Program-made: the position numbers and the translations under genes
In this document: piece after piece, positions 1-9,937 of the stretch
Position numbering within the stretch: the first letter of the stretch is position 1
How the letters are laid out: the number at the start of each line of letters is the position of its first letter
Assembly: GCF_032191835.1 (NCBI RefSeq)
Contig: NC_083235.1
Location: 15,624,001-15,688,000 of the forward strand
Source: Heteronotia binoei
Lineage: Eukaryota
Direction: 5' to 3'
Length of the DNA: 64,000 nucleotides
Notes under the pieces: model-generated
The model's input: only the letters and a program-made list of their open reading frames with translations
Database searches by the model: none
What the model was told of the DNA's origin: nothing

Positions 1-21
1 CTCAACTTTAATGCCAGTAGC

Positions 22-191
22 CAGGGGTGGAATTCTAGCATGAGCTCCCTTGCATATTACGCTACACACCCGTGATGTAGCCAATCCTCCAAGAGCTTAC
101 AAGGCTATTTTGCGTAAACTCTTGAGGACTGGCAACATCAGGGGTGTGTGGCTTAATATGCAAAGGAGCTCCTGATGGAATTCCACTCCTG
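22..191. mobile_element. 170-bp near-perfect palindromic MITE (hAT-like); copies 10102-10271, 18322-18491, 29079-29248, 51433-51602, 59605-59774
   Basis: caggggtggaattctagc...gctagaattccacccctg with ~68-bp arms; degenerate 8-bp flanks ccagtagc/ccaataac. Confidence 0.8.
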
Positions 192-257
192 CCAATAGCT
201 CACGAAGTAGAATTCTTGTTCACAAGACTCTGCAGCTTAGAGGGAACCTTGCTCCCA

Positions 258-360
258 ACTGCTGGTATTCCCAGGAGGTCCCCCATCCAAGTACTTGCCA
301 CAGTCGACCCTGCTTAGCTTCTGAGATCTGATGACATTGGGCTTGCCTGGGATATCCAGG
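258..360 (-). mobile_element. 5S rRNA-derived fragment or 5S-SINE head; copies ~10340, 18560, 29317, 51671, 59843
   Basis: The minus strand reads gcccaatgtcatcagatctcagaagctaagcagggtcg...agtacttggatggg.gacc.cctgggaatacc, matching the 5S internal control region (box A, box C) but with diverged ends. Confidence 0.85.
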
Positions 361-1741
361 TCCTCATGTCCTTTCTGGTAGGTGTCTTTGGGAGGAGGAA
401 GAGCCATGGGGGGGGGGAGGCAGAATGATGTCAGCATCCTACAGGAACCATCTCAGGGGGGCTGAATCCTGCACCTTCCAGGTTACACCTCCAGCAATCA
501 CATCCACCACTGTTGAGGTATGATGGTCTTCCAGAAAAGGTGTGGCAGGATCTCCAGTTGCTTCTCTTCGGTGGCAGTGTCTTCATGTGTCTCACACTAT
601 CTTTCTGACAGCTACTAATCCAAGGGCTGATCATATAGCAAGAAGTACTGAAAATCAAGCTGATTAATGGGTGGGTGATTCAAACTATGGGTGGGTAGGT
701 CGGTAAGGATTTCTGCTCTGCTTCATGTGGATGACACGGGCACTCTCCAGTATGTGCTTATCTTACACGAACACATGAAGCTGCCTTATACTGAACCAAA
801 CCATCGGTCCATCAAGGTCAGTCTCGTCTGCTCAGCCTGCTAGCTGCTTTCCAGAAGCCCAGGGAAAGGTCTTTCACATCATCTGCTACCTGTGTTGGTT
901 TTTTTATAAATGTGCAGAGTAAATAAGCAAACAGAGAACACCATGTGTGTTTGAGATTTATAGAAAACTACCTTTATTAGAAATATATGAACATAGGAAG
1001 CTGCCTTATTCTGAATTAGACCCTCAGTCCATCAAAGTCAGTATTGTCTACTGACTCTACTCACACTTGCAACTGCAGGTGTCTGGCTGGCTTCGAGTTG
1101 GCACCGAGTGTTCTCTTTCGCTCCCTGGTGGGATCAATGCCTGGGAGAGGAAGGGGGGAGTGGTGCTGTTGCTTTCTTCTGCTGTTGCCACCTTTCTGTC
1201 TGGCCAGCTCTTTCTCTGTCTTGTGCTGGAGCCTTCTGCCCCCATCTAACGCTTCCCCTCTTCCCTTTATTGATTGCCTGGATTCTTCTTTGCCCCACCC
1301 CATCACTATTGGTGGCTGCCTTCATATTAACCAAGATCCAGTTGAGGACCACGTAACCATTTTGAAAAACGTTTTTCTACAAACCTAGGGGTTTCCCTGG
1401 GCTTGGAGGAAAATTACCTCTTTCCATACTGGCCCCATTGTGTGGAGTTTTTTAAAACAGAACTCAGAGGGAAATGTAGATTTATTTTTAAAAAGAAATC
1501 CTGAATTCCTGATCCAGAGCCTCACAGTTTTGAATCTGAATTCTGACACTACATCTTGAGGCTGACACATGTATCTTGTGTGGCAGGAATAATGGATGCA
1601 TCAGGGAGAGAAACACAGAGATTTGAGTCAAAGAGAGAATACGTCCTAGAAGGATTCTCCCATAGTTTGTTCATTGGGTAGCTTACCTTGATAATAGTGA
1701 GAGGGAGAAATGTGAATCTTGGGATTAGTTAGCCATACTTG

Positions 1742-3276
1742 GGCCGCGGTCACACTCACCATTAAATCCATCCCTAACCCGTTGCTATTATACCCCGCAG
1801 CTTTTTTACAACGAATTTCCTGATCAAACATCCCTCCATCCTTCAGTTCTGAGCAGCGTTGGTCCCATCGTTGGTTGATCAGAGGTCTCAACTGGACCTC
1901 ATTTTTTGAGATGGCATTCCGCACTCATGCAAGCACAGTACCGTAGGATATCGTGCTTGGCTTTTTTTAAAATGGTGCCAGAAAAGGTGGGAGATCTGCC
2001 CCCCCCCCCCAATTTAAACACCCGGCCAGGGAGGGGAAGTTCAGGAGTTCTCTTTGCTGTCTCTCTGCCTGGCGGGGAGACAGCAAAGGTGGATAATCTT
2101 CCTCCCCCCCCCATTTAAACACCCCACCGTGGTGTTTAAATGCGTGGGGGAGCACAGCAACTCTCTTTGCTGTCTCTCCACCTGGTGGGGAGACAGCAAA
2201 GGTGGGGGCTCTTCCTCCCCCCATTTAAACACCCCGACATGATGTTTAAATGGGGGGGAGCACGGCAACTCTCTTTGCTGTCTCTCCACCTGGCGGGGAG
2301 ACAGCAAAGGTGGGGGATCTTCCTCCCCGCCATTTAAGCACCGCAACTCTCTTTGCTGTGTCTCTGCCTGGAGGGGAAACGGCAAAGGTGGGGGATCTTC
2401 CTCCCCCCATTTAAACACCCCGCCGTGGTGTTTAAATGGGGGGGGGAGCATGGCAACTCTCTTTGCTGTCTTTTTGCCTGAAGGGGAGACGGCAAAGGTG
2501 GGGGATCTTCCCCCCCCCATTTAAACACCCCGCCGTGGTGTTTAAATGGGGGGGGGGAGCATGGCAACTCTCTTTGCTGTCTTTTTGCCTGAAGGGGAGA
2601 CGGCAAAGGTGGGGGATCTTCCCCCCCCCATTTAAACACCCCGCCGTGGTGTTTAAATGTGGAGGAGTACGGCAACTCTCTTTGTTGTCTCTCCGCCTGG
2701 CGGGAGACGGCAAAGGTGGGTCATTTTCGTCCCCTGGCAGGGAGACAGCAAAGGTGGGCAATCTGCCTCCCCTCCTCCCATTTAAGAAAGGTCCCTTGTG
2801 CAAGCACCAGTCGTTTTCGACTCTGTGGTGACGCTGCTTTCACAAAGTTTTCATGGCAGACCTTTTATGGGGTGGTTTGCCATTGCCTTCCCCGATCATT
2901 AGACTTCCCCCCCCCCCAGCAAGCTGGGTACATATTTTACGGACCTTGGAAGGTTGGAAGGCTGAGTCAACAATTGCTGGCACAATGATATCATTTGGAG
3001 TGTGCTCTCGCAGGGAAGCAGATGTGTGCTTGCGACGAGTCGGCTACAATGGAGCGTTCAAACATAGAAAGTATGCGCGGGAGTAGTAGGAAGCATTCTT
3101 ATTCCGGATTTAATGTACTATCAAAAAAGTCCGCATCTCAGTCATGGCAATTCAGGACACGAACGAGCCAACGACCATTGCAAGATGCTGATGTTTGAAC
3201 AAACGCATAAAATCCGACATGCATCTGGCTTTCATCCATGCCCATCTCGTCAGTTTATGCGTGTCTGACCTCAGCC
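1742..3276. mobile_element. Non-autonomous PIF/Harbinger-like DNA element (1535 bp), private to unit 1
   Basis: The empty site in other units is catacttggcttc. Here TTG is duplicated (1739-41, 3277-79). Imperfect TIRs GGCCGCGGTCACAC vs GGCTGAGGTCAGAC (11/14). No transposase ORF. Confidence 0.7.
1983..2786. repeat. ~110-bp minisatellite, about 7 units, each with two hairpins
   Basis: atttaa anchors at 2012, 2113, 2223, 2332, 2409, 2519, 2630, 2780; hairpins cccccatttaaacacc/ggtgtttaaatggggg and ctttgctgtctc/gagacagcaaag. Confidence 0.92.
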
Positions 3277-3290
3277 TTGGCTTCAGGCCT

Positions 3291-3319
3291 CTAACTTTCT
3301 TGCAATTTCCTCACTTCAG
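3291..3319 (+). promoter_or_regulatory. Putative branch point, pyrimidine tract and 3' splice acceptor of the OR coding exon (conserved before all 7 copies)
   Basis: ctaac-tttcttgcaatttcctcacttcag directly before the ATG in every copy, followed by a second NAG (cag or gag). Vertebrate ORs commonly have 5'-UTR introns. Confidence 0.65.
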
Positions 3320-3323
3320 GAGC

Positions 3324-4265
3324 ATGAGTCCAATGAATCACAGGAACACAACTGAAGTTTCTGAGTTCCTCCTCCGAGGTTTTCCATTCCAGCTGGAGGT
3401 CCAAAGGCTTCTCTTCCCTGTTTTCCTTTCTGTCTATCTGCTCATCCTCCTGGGAAACGTCACAATCATCTTGTTGATCCGTTCTGACACACAGCTCCTC
3501 CAGACTCCCATGTACTTCCTGCTCAGCCACCTTGCCCTAGCTGATCTTGGTTTCACCTCCACCACCATCCCCAAGGTATTAGATAACCTGCTGTCTCAGA
3601 AGAAGACTATCTCCTACCGTGGTTGTCTGGCCCAGATGTATTTCTATTTGTTTTTTTGTAACTCAGACAGCTTCCTACTGGCTTCCATGGCCTACGATCG
3701 CTATGTGGCTATCTGCTGCCCGCTACGCTATTCTACCATGATGAGCCACAGGCGTTGCCTTCAACTGGCCACAATGTCCTGGCTTCTCCCCATAATTGAC
3801 TCACTGCTTTATACTCTTTTGCTAGCGCGTGTTGAGTTCTGTGACCCTGAAGAGATCCCTCATTTCTTCTGTGATGTTGTCCCATTTTTATCTGTCTGCT
3901 GCTCTGATACGAGCCTCATAGAAACACTTCTGCTGACTGAGGGGATGGTGGATATCTTGGGGCCCTTTGTGCTCATTATTCTTTCGTACGCCCTCATCTT
4001 TTATACCATCATGAAAATTCCATCTGCCGTCGGGAAGCGCAAGGCTTTCTCCACATGCGGGTCCCACATTTGTGTGGTGGTCTTGTTTTATGGCACTGTA
4101 AGCTGGGTGTATTTAAAGCCGAATTCCAAGAACTTAGACCACCAGGACACAGTGGCAGCTGTGATGTATACCATAGTGACCCCCGTGTTGAATCCTTTCA
4201 TCTACAGCCTCAGGAACAGCGAGATGAAGGCGGCCATGAAGAGGATCATGAAGCGACATTTTTGA
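3324..4265 (+). CDS. Olfactory receptor copy 1 (class II, OR1-family-like), 313 aa, intact
   Basis: Motifs GN..II, QTPMYFLLSHL, MAYDRYVAICCPL, KAFSTCGSH, PVLNPFIYSLRN; N-glycosylation site NTT. The track ORF start at 3195 is a non-ATG start inside an inserted element. The first ATG after the acceptor ctaac...cttcag (AG ends 3319) is 3324. Confidence 0.96.
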   Translation: MSPMNHRNTTEVSEFLLRGFPFQLEVQRLLFPVFLSVYLLILLGNVTIILLIRSDTQLLQTPMYFLLSHLALADLGFTSTTIPKVLDNLLSQKKTISYRGCLAQMYFYLFFCNSDSFLLASMAYDRYVAICCPLRYSTMMSHRRCLQLATMSWLLPIIDSLLYTLLLARVEFCDPEEIPHFFCDVVPFLSVCCSDTSLIETLLLTEGMVDILGPFVLIILSYALIFYTIMKIPSAVGKRKAFSTCGSHICVVVLFYGTVSWVYLKPNSKNLDHQDTVAAVMYTIVTPVLNPFIYSLRNSEMKAAMKRIMKRHF

Positions 4266-4432
4266 TGATGTGTTCAAGGGCCAAACCATTGGATTATGCT
4301 ATAGCCCCAGTCCTCCACATTTCCCTGTTAAGGGGAAAATGCTGTTGAAAAATTTCAAAGACAATCTGACTCCACTGAGAACAAGAGAAAGAAATTTTAC
4401 TTAAAAAATAGAAGCCCATCTTACATGGCATA

Positions 4433-4826
4433 TGACGGCAAGAGCGCGTGCAGAGTGCAGGTAGACCAGAATAGGAACTTGCCTTAGCAATTGGAACGTC
4501 GATATGAAGAGCCAACACATCTGTTTGGTTCTATAACAAACGGTGCATTATACAAGTATTTACAGTAGTGAAGTTATATACATATGCAGTCCAAAGTAAC
4601 AAAGTGTTTCGCCAGTAATCCATACACGTAGAGATAAAAACATTCTGGCACTCTGCTGCTTATATAGTACAGCCCACCAATCAGATAATGGTGACTTCTC
4701 TGGACAGATACAGATATTTCCAGTCATTGCATCAGCCAGTAGTCCTGTGATTCGTGTCATATGACACCTGTCACTTTGACAGTTCTTGATCTACCATGCT
4801 TCACAGCAGGCTACATACTACTAACA
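4433..4826 (-). mobile_element. Private ~390-bp insertion, solo-LTR-like
   Basis: Absent from other units; the minus strand could read TG...CA and has gattgg followed by tatataa. No clear TSD. Confidence 0.4.
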
Positions 4827-4850
4827 TGTAGGGACATTTCGATTTATTGT

Positions 4851-5095
4851 GCCTGTAAGACAGCCCTTTTCCGGCTGGCCTATAACTAACTGGCATTGGA
4901 AACTCTATAGAAGATTGCAGTGTAGTATTCTGATAGATCGCTTGTTTTATATGTTTTACCATTTTACTGTTTTAACGGTGTAATTTGCTGTATTTTAAAT
5001 CCAAAACCTATGTTAGTTCTTATGTGTTGTAAGCTGCCCTGAGCCGCTTCGGTGGGAAGGGCGGGATATAAATTGAAATAAACTGAAACTGAAAC
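4851..5095 (+). mobile_element. L2 LINE 3' fragment, private to unit 1
   Basis: Begins with the ORF end (CKTALFRLAYN*) homologous to the L2 ORFs in this window; ends gggcgggatataaat plus (AAACTG)n; absent in other units. Confidence 0.8.
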
Positions 5096-5585
5096 TGAAT
5101 AGATTAACTTCATAGCCCACAGCTATTTTATGTCATTTAACTTTTGCTGGTCTTTTATTATATCCCATTGTGTCACTGCTGGTTTTAAGGTATACTGTAT
5201 TTTTGTATTGATGCCAATAAAGGGCTATGTATGTATGTAAAATATTGATCCAAGCCCAGGTAAGAGAGAGAAGAAGAGAGGTCCCATAAAAGAAGGCACA
5301 GAAGGCAAACAACAGTCAAAGAGGTTCAGCATGTAACTGATGATTAGGTGGGGTCTACTGCCAAATGGGAGAATTCTCTTAACTCTTTCCCTCCCAGAGT
5401 CACAATTAAGAATGACACGTTCACACATCAATCTCCAATTTTGATATATTTATCTGCTTCACTGTTTTCCTCCAGAATCAAATCCAAACAATGGTGACTT
5501 AATAAACTTAACTTGTTATTCCTCTTTGCATTTGTTAAAATATCCTCATTATGTAGTATGCTAATTTGCTGTTCAGCCTCTGCCA

Positions 5586-5921
5586 CCCCTGGTGGAGCCA
5601 ACTCCTAGACAATGTTAGAGCCTTGCGGGACCTTACCCAGTTCTGCAAGACCTGTAAAACAACGTCATTTCGAATGGCCTTCAACCAAAATCTGTAAATT
5701 CCCAACGCTTTTTAAGAATGGCACGATGTTCGCACCAAACTGTTGTTTTAAAGCAGCACTAATAATTTTAAATTGTAACCTGTCTTAACTTTTAATAGAC
5801 TTGATTGTGATCGTTTTTATTGTTCTATTGTTAACATTATGACGCTGTTAGCCCTGAGCCTGCTTCGACGGAGAGGGCGGGATATAAATGTGAAAAATAA
5901 ATAAATAAATAGATAGATAGA
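5586..5921 (+). mobile_element. L2 LINE 3' fragment shared after OR1, 2, 3 and 6 (also 13608-13942, 22667-22993, 54933-55259); absent after OR4 and 5
   Basis: Encodes a degenerate PWWSQL..VRALRDLTQF..CKT..FRMAF L2 C-terminus and a gagggcgggatataaat-(AAAT)n tail; empty site tctgcca|tatatgtatgg after OR5. Confidence 0.85.
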
Positions 5922-6195
5922 TATATGTATGGACTGGTAAATTCCATCTCATTGGAATTGAGGAAGTGTGTGTGCACACGAAAGCTCATACCTTGTATAA
6001 AACTTTGTTGGACTTCAAGGTGCTACTGGACTCAAACTTTGTTCTAGAAAGTGTGATTTCTATCCGTGAAATGGCACGGGGTGGGGGGAATAAATTCCCC
6101 TTGGCTGCTTTTCAGCCTTAAAAGAAAGCATTGGGAAACCAAGATGGGCCCAGTTTTTCCTGTCTATGGCAAGGGGAGTAAAAGTCCTTTGGACA

Positions 6196-6397
6196 ATCTC
6201 TATTACCTGCCCCTCCCATAACAGACACCCTGTGAGGTAGGAGGGGCTGGGAGAGCTCTTACAGCAGCTGCCCTTTCAAGGAGAACTCCTATGAGAGCTA
6301 TGGATGACTCAAGGCCATCCCAGCGGCTGCAAGTGGAGGAGCGGGAATCAATGAGTTCTCTCAGATAAGAGTCTGCGCACTTAACCACTAAACCAAA
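6196..6397 (-). mobile_element. tRNA-derived SINE (Squam3-like), one per unit (14269-14470, 24275-24476, 35629-35830, 48377-48578, 56540-56741)
   Basis: Minus-strand head tggtttagtggttaag (A box) with a degenerate B box; body homologous to the younger SINE at 16197. Confidence 0.75.
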
Positions 6398-6947
6398 TTC
6401 CCTAAATCAAAATCAAAATCACTTAATGCCCTAAATAAAAATAAATAAATAATAAAAAAAAGTTTCAATGGTGCTCTGGTTTGCTGAGCGGGACTGGAGG
6501 GGGCTCCTCACACACACACACACCCACACTCTGCTTTTATCCCCTTGGGAAATATGCATGGAGTTCACATTCAGACTAAACGTGCAAACATGCCTTAGGA
6601 TGCAATTCAATGCATCCTGACGTGAGAGTAAATACCATTGAACATCATAGGGTCATCTTCTGACTAGACAAGCATAGGATTGTGCCAGTAGGATACTTGG
6701 TAGCTGACTAATCTTACCAGGCAAGAGGTTGACATCCCTGAATCCAGAGTTAACCTTTTGATGGCATATTCATGACCCAAAATCTATTCTGGGGGTTCTA
6801 GGGACCACATTGAGGCTATCATCCTGTGCTAAGTAACTCAGGACTTTATAGCCACTGTGAATATATATAGGCCTGGGTGACTCCACATGATGGTTGCTAC
6901 ATGATGGTGCTTAGTTGCCTAGAGTTTCAGGGGGATATGCTGATCAC

Positions 6948-7108
6948 CAGGGCTTTTTTGGTAGAAAAAGCCCAGCAAGAACACCCCATGACATCACCAT
7001 TGTTTCACACAGGGCTATTTTTGTAGAAAAACTCATTTGCATATTAAGCCACACCTTGTGACACCAAGCCAGCCAGAACTGCGTTCCTGCTAAAAAAAAA
7101 AAGCCATG
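6948..7108. mobile_element. hAT-type MITE with CAGGGCTTTTTT termini (copies 14974-15132, 25020-25199, 40892-41071, ~49.1 kb, ~57.3 kb)
   Basis: TIR cagggcttttt/aaaaagccctg; 8-bp TSD CTGATCAC is exact in the 25020 and 40892 copies. Confidence 0.85.
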
Positions 7109-7582
7109 TTGATCACCCACTCCCAAGAGAACGTTCTCTCTCTTTCCCACTCTAGTTAGTAGCACTTACCTTCAGAGCCTTCTTCCCCCCATTGGAAGCC
7201 AGGTACAAGATGGTGTGGCTCATCCAAGTGTTTGGGATAGCTTGATTTTGACAGTTAGCCAGCATTTAGGCTATAAGTTGTGTAGATTTAGTTATGCCTG
7301 GGGCCCTCGAGGTCTGGCAAGCTTTGCTGTGCAGAGGCAGTCCAAAGCAAGCAACCAGAGTTTGTTTCCTGCCTTGAAAGTCATATGGGGGAGGGGGTGC
7401 CCTCCAAAAAATTTGGCTGCGACTTCTAAGTACCTTTCGCAACCAGGCTTTTAAAGCTAAATGTGGATTACCCAGCAGTATGGCGGACTCAGTGGTTTCA
7501 ACCTCCTCCCTGCTATTGAAAGGGCTGGTGGGTTCCTCTGGAGAAAACAGCTCAATGGCATCAAACCCTGCTGCAGTTCCTC

Positions 7583-8360
7583 TAGGGTTGCCAAGTCCAA
7601 TTAAAGAAAAATCTGGGGACTTTGGGGGCGGAGCCACAGACTTTGGGGGTGGAGCCAGGAACAAGGATGTGACAAGCATAATTGAACTCCAAGGGAGTTC
7701 TGGCCATCACATTTAAAGGGACAGCACGCATTTTTAAATGCCTTTCTTCCATAGAAAATAATTAAGGATAGGGGCACCATCTTTTGGGGCTCATAGAATT
7801 GGACCCTCTGGTCCAATATTTTTGAAACTTGGGGGGTACTTTGGGGAGAGACACTAGCTGCTATACTAAAAATCTGGTGCATCTACCTCAAAAAATAGCC
7901 CCCCCCAGGGCCCCCAATACCCATGGATCAATTCCCTATTATTCTCTATGGGAATCGTTCTCCATAGGGAATAATAGGATGCCTAGTAGACATTTCCCTC
8001 CCCCCCTCACGCTTTCTAAAGGGGGGAGGACCTCCATACCAGGGAATCCCCTTTCCCTGCCCCCTCCCTCCCTCTCTCTCTCTCACACACACAAATACTT
8101 ACCGTACTTGGTATTCTTCCAGCAGAATTTGCTTGCTGTGAAAATGAAAGCAAGGCTGCACTGGAAAAGAAAAGGAGGGGCTGTTCCTGTTTCCTTGCAG
8201 CCTTAAAGGGACACATTTTAAAAACGGATCCCAAGCTGTAAAACAACATGATGCCTACAGGTATGTTCTCTCTTCCCCCCACCCCCAGATTTTTTAAGAG
8301 CGGGGGAGGAGGCTGAAAATTCGGGGGTCCCCCACCAGGGCGGGAGGGTTGGGAAGCCTA
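7583..8360. mobile_element. Non-autonomous hAT element (TAGGG...CCTA termini), present only after OR1 and OR2 (second copy 15607-16654)
   Basis: Termini TAGGGTTGCCAA / TTGGGAAGCCTA; TSD agttcctc/ggttcctc; empty site gaggttcctcccttc at ~41538. Confidence 0.85.
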
Positions 8361-8530
8361 GGTTCCTCCCTTCTTCAGCTACCATGACACTACTTGTAGC
8401 ACGGGTTCTAACCTCTGAGCTTCAGATAGGCATCCCTCCTGGCAACCAGTGGGGGATGCAGGGGACTTACAAGGAGAAAGAGAAAGGCCTAGGCCTTGTC
8501 TCTGCCATTGATGATTTTATCAAGCCAGTG

Positions 8531-8881
8531 TAAAGCTGCCAAGTTCCCAACAGGGGGGGCATCCTCTTGTTTGGTAGGCCTTAACCCGCAGGCAGGGAGG
8601 AGGCTGCAGGAAGGATCCCCACCCCCAAAGAGTCCTGTCAGCGTGCAGTGTGATGACATCACCTGGAAGTGATATACTGTGCCCGGCACATTGTGTGGGG
8701 ATGCTCTAGGAAATCATGGGAAACTCTGTGAGCTTTCTCCCAAATTGCTAGAGCGTCCCTGTGCAAAACCATAGAGTTTTCAGCGATTTTCTAGAGCGTC
8801 TCCATGAGACATGTCCATGTGACGTCATTGCACTGCATGTGCAAGTTCCCACCAGCAGCCAGTGGGAACTTGGCAACCCTA
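8531..8881. mobile_element. hAT-type MITE with 18-bp TIR TAGGGYTGCCAAGTTCCC, one per unit (e.g. 41707-42076)
   Basis: TIR pair tagggctgccaagttccc / gggaacttggcaacccta; TSD degenerate. Confidence 0.75.
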
Positions 8882-8978
8882 ACCTAGAGACATCTTGGCA
8901 ACACTCTTGTATTTGGGCGAAAACTCTATGACAAAATTGGCTTCTGATTAGACTGGAATGTTTCTTCTTAGTCAGGCC

Positions 8979-9265
8979 CAGGGCTTTTTTGACCAGGAAT
9001 ACACAGGAACGCAGTTCTGACTGGCTTGGCATCAGGGGCATGGCCTAATATGCAAATATCCAAATGAGCTCCTGCTGGGTATTTTCTACAAAAAAGCCCT
9101 GTATGAAAGAATGGTGACATCAGGGGGTGTGGCCTAATATGCAAATAAGTTCTTTCTGGGTGTTGTCTACAAAAAACCCCTGCATGAAACAATGGTGACA
9201 TCAGGGGTGTGTGGCCTAATATGCAAATGAGCCCTTGCTGGGCTTTTTCTGCAAATAAAGCCCTG
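8979..9265. mobile_element. Second CAGGGCTTTTT-type MITE with internal tandem octamer-bearing modules, one per unit
   Basis: TIRs cagggcttt/aaagccctg; flanks gtcaggcc/gtcagaca; 1-3 copies of ggcctaatatgcaaat depending on the unit. Confidence 0.8.
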
Positions 9266-9708
9266 GTCAGACATAACCATGTTAACCCTTAAGGAGCTTA
9301 CTTGAACATGCTTGTGGCCGTTCCAGCTAAAGCTGTGTCCCACATGAGTGTTAATGTCCTGAAGGGTAGCTAGGGAGTATATAACTTGTAGCTATTCTGC
9401 AGCCAGTGTCTGGCAAATGTGTGTGTGTTTTTAAAGGAGAATATACTATAAACAGGCTAATTTGCAACGGCCTCTGGGGTTCTGTCTCAGAAGTATTCCT
9501 CTGGGTCACAGCCCTGAAAGATGCCAAGCCGTGAACAAAAGCTGATGGTGCCACCATGCCACCCATTGTTTCATGCAATAGCAAACTGTTTGTCAGATCT
9601 GCTCAGCAGAAGACGAAGGCTTGTGTTCACCAGGAGGAAAAAGCCAAATACATTCCCTCCTTCCTGATCTCTCCGTGGGATGGTCCCGCCATTCTTTGGC
9701 CCCTACAG

Positions 9709-9771
9709 ACTCACAAACTCTGCTGCTGCTGCAAACAGAAAGCATCTTTTTGGGTAGCATTTACCAACTGG
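9709..9771 (+). other. Candidate non-coding 5'-UTR exon (copies 17929-17991, 28692-28754, 42728-42796, 51043-51108, 59209-59274)
   Basis: Flanked by ctgat...ttctttggc.cct(a/g)cag and tgg|gtaagt in all six units; contains no ATG; lies in non-repeat sequence upstream of the coding exon. Confidence 0.45.
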
Positions 9772-9937
9772 GTAAGTAAGAGCCCTGCGGGCACCAGAAA
9801 ATTCCTATCACTGATAAGCCCACTGAAGCCTCTTTATTACTTCTGTCAGGGGCACCCAGCAGGTCCCACTGAGTTGCTGTTTTTGGCTCCTACTCATGGA
9901 ACCCCTCAACAACTTCCCAGACCCTGATAGCCTTGAG

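Noticed and set aside
258-360. Functional 5S rRNA gene
   Set aside because: Only the central part matches; the termini are unrelated and there is no T-run terminator, so it is treated as SINE-derived or pseudogenic.
1394-1401. TCCCTGGG as an O/E site upstream of OR1/4/5/7, mutated before OR2/3/6
   Set aside because: Only a partial match to YCCCNNGGGA; too weak to claim.
1983-2786. Palindromic tandem repeat resembling a CRISPR array, plus many ORFs over it
   Set aside because: No unique spacers, variable unit length, vertebrate context, no cas genes; the ORFs are repeat translations.
3195-3323. 43-aa N-terminal extension of OR1
   Set aside because: Begins at a non-ATG codon inside the Harbinger-like insert. 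An internal ATG at 3219 also lies in the insert, upstream of the acceptor, and other copies lack it.
3291-3530. 79-aa antisense ORF (MAEQEVHG...) recurring opposite every OR N-terminus
   Set aside because: Shadow frame of a conserved hydrophobic CDS; recurrence follows from the duplication, and it has no recognisable motif.
4055-4348. Overlapping alternate-frame ORF (MRVPHL...) at each OR 3' end
   Set aside because: Shadow ORF; its length varies (73-97 aa) with incidental stops.
9556-9927. 121-125-aa ORF (MPPIVSCN...) open in all six units
   Set aside because: ATG in only one copy (GTG elsewhere); it spans candidate splice sites and has no domain. High unit identity and CTG slippage explain frame retention.
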